Shown one piece after another: positions 33,096 through 38,590 of a stretch of DNA of 38,590 nucleotides (positions are counted from its first letter, which is position 1; each line of letters starts with the position of its first letter). The DNA is from Planctomycetia bacterium (GTDB lineage: Bacteria > Planctomycetota > PLA2 > JAEUHO01), in the NCBI GenBank assembly GCA_046094945.1, contig JBJTIJ010000410.1, positions 1 to 38,590 on the forward strand, written 5' to 3'. The notes beneath the pieces were generated by a model, which saw only the letters and a program-made list of their open reading frames with translations, was not told where the DNA came from and did not search any database. The translations under genes were made by a program, and so were the position numbers.

Positions 33096-33977
33096 GTGCT
33101 CAAGGACCTGCTGCGCCTGCTGCGCGTGCCGCTGGCCCCCACGGCCGCCTGCGACAGTGCCGCCTGCCTGCTGCTGGCGCTGGGCGCGGCGGGCCAGCCG
33201 CTCGCGGCCGTGCCGGGCCTGCAGTGGGCCGTGCTGGCGGCGACCTCGCTGTGCCTCTACGGCTTCGGGATGGGCCTGAACGACTGGGCCGACCGCGGGC
33301 TGGACCGCACCAAGGCGCCGGGGCGCCCGCTGCCCTCGGGGCGCCTGCCGGGGGCGCTGGCCCTCGGCGCGGTGCTGGCGCTGGCGGCGGCAGGCTGCGC
33401 GCTGGCCGCGTGGCAGGGCACGCTGCCCGCTGCGCTGGCGGCCCTGGGCGCGGCCAGCGCCTACAACCTCGGCGCCAAGCGCGGGCTGCTGGCGGGTGGC
33501 CTGGCCATGGGCCTCGTGCGCACGGCCAATGGCGCGCTGGGCGTGCTGCCGCTGGTGCTGGCGGGCACGGCCCCGGCGTGGACGCTGGCCGCCCCGGCCT
33601 GCATCGGCCTGTGGAGCGCAGGCGCCACGGTGCTCAGCACCACGGAGGAGCACGCCAGCCTCGGGCGCGTGCGCGCCGCGCGCTGGCTGGCGGCACTGGG
33701 CATCGTGGGCGGCTGCGGCCTGGGCATGCTGGCTGCGGGCCGCGTCACGCTGCCCGGGGCGCTGCTGGCGCCCAGCCTGCTGGGCATGGCGGCCGGCCGC
33801 CTGCCCAAGCCCGGGCCGCCCAAGCGCCAGGTGCTGGAGATGCTGCTGGGCCTCTACCTGCTGGCCGGCGCCATCGCCTCCGGCGCCCGCGCCTTCGAGG
33901 TGGACCTGGGCGCCCCCATCCTCGCCTTCGTGCTCATCTACCTCTCGCAGCGCATGATCTTCGCCCTGCGCGGCTGA
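33096..33977 (+). CDS. UbiA-family prenyltransferase
   Basis: 293 aa polytopic protein. The first Asp-rich motif NDWADRGLD fits NDxxDxxxD. About 8 hydrophobic helices. Confidence 0.8.
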   Translation: MLKDLLRLLRVPLAPTAACDSAACLLLALGAAGQPLAAVPGLQWAVLAATSLCLYGFGMGLNDWADRGLDRTKAPGRPLPSGRLPGALALGAVLALAAAGCALAAWQGTLPAALAALGAASAYNLGAKRGLLAGGLAMGLVRTANGALGVLPLVLAGTAPAWTLAAPACIGLWSAGATVLSTTEEHASLGRVRAARWLAALGIVGGCGLGMLAAGRVTLPGALLAPSLLGMAAGRLPKPGPPKRQVLEMLLGLYLLAGAIASGARAFEVDLGAPILAFVLIYLSQRMIFALRG

Positions 33978-33989
33978 CGCGCGCGCCGC

Positions 33990-35291
33990 TCAGCGCGGCG
34001 TGTCGTCGGGCAGCGGGGCCTCGAGCACCGCCTTCATGCGCGCCACGAGCGCGCGGTAGCCCTCGGTGGCGCGCAAGGGCTCGAGGTCGCCATCCTGCTC
34101 GGTCCAGGCCACGTCGGTCCAGCCCAGGTCCACGGCACGCGCAAGGTGCTCGAGGGCCGTGCGGCGCAGCTGCTCGGCGTCCTGCTTGCCGGGCTCCACG
34201 GCCCACTGCGCGAAGGCGCAGGCGAGGTTGTAGTGGTCGTGCGCCGGCGAGAGGCTGCTGGCGAGCTGGCTGCGGTAGAGCCGCACGGCGCGGTCGAACC
34301 AGCCGGCGCGCAGCGCCAGCTGCGCGGCCTCGGCCCGGCCCCGGCGGCTCCAGCCGCGCGTGCCCTCCAGCTCGGCCACGCGCTGGCGCAGCTCGGCCTC
34401 GTAGCGGCGCGGCGCCAGCCGGTAGAGCGTGGCCAGCAAGTCGTCGTGCAGCACCTCGCGCTCGATGTCGCCGTCGTCCTCGCCCTCGGGGCGCGAGGCC
34501 AGCTCGCGCAGGTAGCCGTCCAGGCGCGCCAGCACCTCATGGTCCTCGGCGCGGGCCAGGTCCTGCACGGCGTTGAGCGCCATGCCGCGCAGCTCCCACG
34601 TGTCGATCACGCGCCCCATCGGGCGCACCATGCGGTAGCCGCCGGCGGCCGAGCCGCCGGGCATGCGCAGGGCCTGGTCCATCACGATGTGCACGCACAC
34701 GTCCAGCGCCGTCGTGCGCCACGGCAGCAGCGGGGCGTACTGGCCGTGGTAGTAGCCGGTGCTGCCGCTGGCCGACTTGCGCTCGAGGAAGGCCCGCTCC
34801 ACGCGGTCGCGCTCCAGCAGCGCGGCCAGCTCGGCCACGGGCCGCGCCTCGGACACGCCCGGCGCCGGCCGGTAGCCCTCCAGCGCGGCCGCGGCCGCCT
34901 CGGCCTGCCGCAGCAGCCCGTCGCGGGCACGGGCCGCCAAGGCCTCGCCCCCGCTGCGCCAGGCCTCCACGAGCAGGTGCAGCAGGCGCGGGCTGGCGTC
35001 GCGGGCCAGCACCTCGGCCAGGGCGGCCTTGAGCTCCTCGTCGCCGGCCTCGAAGGCGCGCGCCAGTGCCTCGCGCGCGGCCGGCAGGCGCCGCGCCAGC
35101 GCCTCCTCGGCCTCCAGCCGCTCGCCGCGCAGCGGGCTCTGCAGACGGGCCAGCTCGAGGGCCATGGCGGGGTCCTCGCCCGCCGCCGGCCGGGCGGCCT
35201 CGCCCCCCGGGGGGGCAGCCCCTGCCGGGCGGGCGGCCCCGGCCCCAAGGCAGGCCAGCGCGAGCAGCAGCACGCGGCAGGAGGACGCCAT
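33990..35291 (-). CDS. Secreted helical-repeat (HEAT/TPR-like) protein, hypothetical
   Basis: 433 aa. Signal peptide MASSCRVLLLALACLGAGAA. C-terminal TPR-like end HYNLACAFAQ ... DLEPLRATEGYRALV. TAGGAT lies 6 nt before the ATG. Confidence 0.7.
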   Translation of the reverse strand: MASSCRVLLLALACLGAGAARPAGAAPPGGEAARPAAGEDPAMALELARLQSPLRGERLEAEEALARRLPAAREALARAFEAGDEELKAALAEVLARDASPRLLHLLVEAWRSGGEALAARARDGLLRQAEAAAAALEGYRPAPGVSEARPVAELAALLERDRVERAFLERKSASGSTGYYHGQYAPLLPWRTTALDVCVHIVMDQALRMPGGSAAGGYRMVRPMGRVIDTWELRGMALNAVQDLARAEDHEVLARLDGYLRELASRPEGEDDGDIEREVLHDDLLATLYRLAPRRYEAELRQRVAELEGTRGWSRRGRAEAAQLALRAGWFDRAVRLYRSQLASSLSPAHDHYNLACAFAQWAVEPGKQDAEQLRRTALEHLARAVDLGWTDVAWTEQDGDLEPLRATEGYRALVARMKAVLEAPLPDDTPR

Positions 35292-35297
35292 GCGGCC

Positions 35298-35303
35298 ATC
35301 CTA
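35298..35303 (-). promoter_or_regulatory. -10-like hexamer TAGGAT, 6 nt before ATG 35291 (leaderless arrangement)
   Basis: The minus strand reads gcTAGGATggccgcATGgcg. Confidence 0.5.
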
Positions 35304-35357
35304 GCGGCCCGCCGGCCCCCGATCCCCTGCCCCCGCCTGCGCGGCGGGGTGTCGCCC

Positions 35358-35363
35358 TAGAAT
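35358..35363 (+). promoter_or_regulatory. -10-like hexamer TAGAAT, 6 nt before padR ATG 35370 (leaderless arrangement)
   Basis: Read directly as gcccTAGAATggctcgATGagc. Confidence 0.55.
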
Positions 35364-35369
35364 GGCTCG

Positions 35370-35705
35370 ATGAGCGCGCCGGATCCCCATGCCGAGGCCG
35401 AGCTGCGACGGGGCGTGCTGCAGCTCGTGACGCTGTGCCTGCTGGAGCAGCCGCGCTACGGCTACGACCTGGTGCGCCTGCTGGGCGGCTCGGGCTTCGA
35501 GGTGGAGGAGGGCACGCTCTACCCCATCCTGCGCCGCCTCGAGTCGCAGGGCGTGCTGGTGGCCACCTGGGACAGCAGCGGCGCGCGCCCGCGCAAGTAC
35601 TACAGCCTCTCGGCCGAAGGACGTGCGGTGCGCGCCTCACTGGCCGCCCAGTGGTGCCGCGTGCGCGACGCCACCGACGAGGTCGTCATGGAGGTCGAGT
35701 CATGA
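35370..35705 (+). CDS. PadR-family transcriptional regulator
   Basis: 111 aa. Winged-helix pattern LLEQPRYGYDLVRLL ... EGTLYPILRRLESQGVL ... RKYYSLSAEG. TAGAAT lies 6 nt before the ATG. Confidence 0.9.
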   Translation: MSAPDPHAEAELRRGVLQLVTLCLLEQPRYGYDLVRLLGGSGFEVEEGTLYPILRRLESQGVLVATWDSSGARPRKYYSLSAEGRAVRASLAAQWCRVRDATDEVVMEVES

Positions 35706-36655
35706 GCCTGGCCAGCCCGCAGGCCCGCGCCTACCTCGAGCGGCTGCGCGACCTGCTGCCGGCCACCGAGGCCGAGCGCGTGGTCGCGGAGGTGGAGTCG
35801 CTGATCCACGACCGCGTCGAGGCCATGGGGCCCGACATGCCCGCGCTGGAGGCCGAGCAGCGCGCCCTCGAGCGCCTGGGCGTGCCCGAAGCCCTCATCG
35901 ACACGCTGGCCGAGCAGGCCGTGTCGGTGGGCGTGTCGGCCCGGCGCAGCTTCGCGCGCTGGTGGTTCGTGCTGGCGGCCGGCCACCTGCTGCTGTCCAT
36001 CGCGCTGACCATGGCCGGCTCGACGCAGCCGGCGGTGCCCGGCCTGCTGGCGCCGCTGGCCACCGGCAGCGTGTGGGGCACGCTCACCTCGGCGCTGGGC
36101 GTGCTGCTGCTGGACACGGGCCTGCTCTTCGCGTGGTTCGCGCTCACCGGGGCCTGGGGGCGCCCGGGCCGGCTGGGCGCGCCCGACCTGCCGCGCGGCT
36201 GGAGCAAGCCCGACGCGCTGCGCACGCTGGTGCTGCTGGGCCTGCTGGCGGTCATCTTGCACCCGTTGCGCGACCGCATCTTCGCCGTGCGCGCCGAGGG
36301 CGAGGCGCAGCCCTTCCTGAGCCAGGACCTCGTGGGCCTGCTGCCGTGGCTGGACGCCGTGCTGGGCCTGGTGGCCCTGCGCTGCGTGGTGGTGCTGTCG
36401 GGCCGCGGGGCCAGTGCCCTGGCCCACGGCGTGGACCTGCTGGCCGGCGTGCTGGGGCTGGTGCTGCTCGTGCTGGTGGCCACGCGCTCCTCGGTGGTGG
36501 ACCTGCCGCGCGAGCTGCTGGGCGGCCCCACCGCCGAGGTGCTCAACGCGGTTCTCACGCGTGCCTTCCTCACCATCGCCCTCGTGTCGGCCGTGTTCCT
36601 GTGCGTGAGCCTGGTGCGGCGCGCCCTGCGCCTCAAGCAGGCCCTGGGACGCTAG
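35702..36655 (+). CDS. Membrane protein partner of PadR (N-terminal soluble helical domain plus ~5-6 TM helices)
   Basis: In-frame ATG at 35702 inside ORF 35066..36655, in an ATGA overlap with the padR stop. The N-terminal ARAYLERLRDLLP... resembles the cytoplasmic head of PadR-associated membrane proteins. Confidence 0.7.
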   Translation: MSLASPQARAYLERLRDLLPATEAERVVAEVESLIHDRVEAMGPDMPALEAEQRALERLGVPEALIDTLAEQAVSVGVSARRSFARWWFVLAAGHLLLSIALTMAGSTQPAVPGLLAPLATGSVWGTLTSALGVLLLDTGLLFAWFALTGAWGRPGRLGAPDLPRGWSKPDALRTLVLLGLLAVILHPLRDRIFAVRAEGEAQPFLSQDLVGLLPWLDAVLGLVALRCVVVLSGRGASALAHGVDLLAGVLGLVLLVLVATRSSVVDLPRELLGGPTAEVLNAVLTRAFLTIALVSAVFLCVSLVRRALRLKQALGR

Positions 36656-36717
36656 CGCCTGGCCGCCGGGCCACGCAGGCCGGCCTCCCGCGTACAACAA
36701 CGTGCTACGGAGGCCCC

Positions 36718-37158
36718 ATGCCCGCCCGCCGCCCGCGCAAGCCCATCCTCGTGGCGCTCAAGGTCGACGCCGACACCGCCGCGGCCCTCGATGCCGTGCC
36801 CAACAAGAGCGAGTTCATCCGCGAGGCCCTGCGCGCACGGCTCGAGGAGGCCTGCCCGCTGTGCTCCGGCAGCGGCCGCCGCCCGCCGGCGGCCCTGGCG
36901 CAGCCCGGCCGCCGCCACGTGCACGCCGTGCCGCGTGCCCGCTGCCTGGACTGCGGCCGCGAGGGCCCCGTGATCGGCGAGCCGGGTGCGCGCGACCGCT
37001 TCGAGGGCGGGCGCGAGCTCGAGCGCCTGCGCACCTTCCTGAGCTTCGGCGACTACTTCTGCTCGGCCTGCTTCGTGCGCAGCCAGGAGTGCGCGACGTG
37101 CGGGCACCGGGTGGCGGGTGGCGAGCCGGCCCGCGAGCGCCATGCCTGCGGCCGCTGA
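36718..37158 (+). CDS. Ribbon-helix-helix (CopG/MetJ-like) protein fused to a Cys-rich domain with four CxxC pairs
   Basis: In-frame ATG at 36718 inside ORF 35623..37158. GGAGG lies 4-5 nt upstream. The segment ILVALKVDADTAAALDAVPNKSEFIREALRARLEE looks like RHH. Then come CPLC, CLDC, CSAC and CATC. Confidence 0.65.
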   Translation: MPARRPRKPILVALKVDADTAAALDAVPNKSEFIREALRARLEEACPLCSGSGRRPPAALAQPGRRHVHAVPRARCLDCGREGPVIGEPGARDRFEGGRELERLRTFLSFGDYFCSACFVRSQECATCGHRVAGGEPARERHACGR

Positions 37159-37861
37159 CGCCCTGCGCGCCCCGGCGCTGCGCATCCACGCGCTCAAGCG
37201 CTGGTTCGACGACCCCGAGGGCGGCCGCGTGCTGGCGCTGGACGTGCCCAGCCTGGTGCTGGGCCGAGGCGAGCAGCTGGCGGTGACCGGCGCCAGCGGC
37301 AGCGGCAAGACCACGCTGCTCAACGTGGTGGCGGGCCTGCTGCCGGCCGACGAGGGCGAGGTCGAGGTGGGCGGCGAGGCCATGACCGGCCGCACCGAGG
37401 CGGCGCGCGACCGCCTGCGCGCGCGCCACGTGGGCATCGTCTTCCAGGCCTTCCACCTGCTGCCGGGCCTGACGGCGCTCGAGAACGTGGCGCTGGGCAT
37501 GACCTTCCGCCCCGCGCAGGGCGCGCCGGCACGCGTGGCCGCGCGCGCCGCGCTGCAGCGCGTGGGCCTCGGCGACCGCCTCCACCACCTGCCCGGCCAG
37601 CTGAGCACGGGCCAGCAGCAGCGCGTGGCCATCGCGCGCGCGCTGGCCGGCAGCCCCACGCTGGTGCTGGCCGACGAGCCCACGGCCAGCCGCGACCCTG
37701 CGCGCGCGGCGGCCTGCCTCGAGCTGCTCACGGGCTTCTGCAGCGAGCGCGGCGCCGCCCTGCTCGTGGTGAGCCACGACCCGGCGGTGCTGGCCCGCTT
37801 CCCGCGCCGCCTCGCCCTCTCCGCGCCGGCGGCGGGCGCCGCAGCGGGGCAGGCCTCATGA
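37142..37861 (+). CDS. ABC transporter ATP-binding protein (MacB/LolD-type)
   Basis: Walker A GASGSGKTT, Q-loop FQAFHLLP, signature LSTGQQQR, Walker B LVLADEPTASRD. ATG at 37142 (the ORF track starts at GTG 37118). It overlaps the RHH gene end and has an ATGA overlap with the permease. Confidence 0.9.
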   Translation: MPAAADALRAPALRIHALKRWFDDPEGGRVLALDVPSLVLGRGEQLAVTGASGSGKTTLLNVVAGLLPADEGEVEVGGEAMTGRTEAARDRLRARHVGIVFQAFHLLPGLTALENVALGMTFRPAQGAPARVAARAALQRVGLGDRLHHLPGQLSTGQQQRVAIARALAGSPTLVLADEPTASRDPARAAACLELLTGFCSERGAALLVVSHDPAVLARFPRRLALSAPAAGAAAGQAS

Positions 37862-38590
37862 ACCTGCTCACGCTGGCCTGGCTGGGACTGCGGCGCCGGC
37901 CGCTCTCCACGGCCCTCACGGCCCTCTACATCGGGCTGGGCACCGCGCTGGCGCTGGTGGTCTCGCACGGCCACGCCGCCACCCAGCGCTCGTTCCGCGA
38001 CGCCGCGCGCGGCCACGACCTGCTGCTGGCGCCCAAGAACGGCAGCGCCCTGCAGGCCGTCCTCTCGACGCTGTTCTTCGTGGACGACCCGGCCGGCACG
38101 CTGCCGTGGAGCGCCTACGAGCGCGCCAAGGCCGACCCGCGCGTGAGGTCTGCCGTGCCCTACGCGATGGGCGACACCTACCGCGGCCACCGCGTGGTGG
38201 GCACCACGCGCGAGCACTTCGAGGTGCTCGCCGACGCCAGCGGCCGCCCGCTGGCCGAGGGCCTCACGGGCCGGCTGTTCGGCGACGAGGCCTTCGAGGC
38301 CGTGGTGGGCAGCATGGCGGCGCGCACCGGCGGCCTAGGGCTGGGCGCCGAGCTGCAGGTGAGCCACGGCACGCGCGAGGGCGGCCAGCAGCACGCCGAG
38401 CGCTGGAAGGTGGTGGGCGTGCTGCGGCCCACCGGCACGCCGCAGGACCGCGCCGTGTTCATCCCGCTGCCCACCTTCTACGAGATCGCCGGCCACGTCA
38501 CGGCGGGCGCGGCCCCGGGCCGCGCGGCCCCCGCCGCGCCCGGCGGGGCGGGCCGCCCAGAGGGCGCGGGGGACGGCGCCGAGGCCGGCC
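37858..38590 (+). CDS. FtsX/MacB-like ABC permease, 5' partial (runs off window end)
   Basis: Hand-translated from ATG 37858: MNLLTLAWLGLRRRPLSTALTALYIGLGTALALVV (TM1), then a MacB-type periplasmic core (FEAVVGSMAARTGGLGLG...WKVVGVLRPTG...AVFIPL). There is no stop before 38590, so it is absent from the ORF track. Confidence 0.8.
   Translation, partial: MNLLTLAWLGLRRRPLSTALTALYIGLGTALALVVSHGHAATQRSFRDAARGHDLLLAPKNGSALQAVLSTLFFVDDPAGTLPWSAYERAKADPRVRSAVPYAMGDTYRGHRVVGTTREHFEVLADASGRPLAEGLTGRLFGDEAFEAVVGSMAARTGGLGLGAELQVSHGTREGGQQHAERWKVVGVLRPTGTPQDRAVFIPLPTFYEIAGHVTAGAAPGRAAPAAPGGAGRPEGAGDGAEAG

Noticed and set aside
1-38590. Search for CRISPR arrays, tRNA/rRNA genes, IS elements, integrases, reverse transcriptases, toxin-antitoxin pairs and known defence genes
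   Set aside because: I saw no regularly spaced direct repeats, cloverleaf-compatible segments or rRNA-like stretches. No ORF carries transposase DDE, integrase, RT (YxDD), nuclease-helicase or other defence hallmarks. Intergenic space is too short for these except at 11463-11783, which does not fit them. This was an eye scan only. A run of tRNAscan, Infernal or minced would be decisive.

Overview
This is a very GC-rich (roughly 73-76% by eye) bacterial chromosomal window. It is densely coding, in five strand blocks: + 1-11462, - 11784-29699, + 29930-33977, - 33990-35291, + 35370-end. I support 32 protein genes.

Recognisable housekeeping genes are acpP-fabF, a eukaryote-type UDP-sugar pyrophosphorylase, ddl, pepA, an NrnA-like DHH phosphoesterase, cca, purM, dxr and rseP. 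They are interleaved with many exported, lipoprotein or membrane proteins: HEAT, TPR, vWA, carboxypeptidase-regulatory-like repeats, DUF58, transglutaminase, and a fused membrane/spermidine-synthase-like protein. The gene content suggests a diderm lineage rich in HEAT/TPR/vWA proteins, but I cannot assign a taxon.

I found no rRNA, tRNA, CRISPR array, transposase, integrase, reverse transcriptase or canonical defence genes.

Three observations stand out:
1. Seven operon-leading genes carry a TA(G/C)nnT hexamer exactly 6 nt before the start codon and have no Shine-Dalgarno sequence, which implies leaderless mRNAs.
2. A tightly overlapping minus-strand cluster runs cca, HEAT protein, importer-type ABC ATPase with no permease or binding protein, pentaheme cytochrome c lipoprotein, lipoprotein, TPR protein. 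Further exported or membrane genes follow it. This is my best candidate for an undescribed envelope/redox system, but the call rests on inference only.
3. The only AT-rich island in the window lies in a 320-nt gap between convergent genes.

The many very long Arg/Ala/Pro/Gly-rich ORFs are antisense compositional artefacts.
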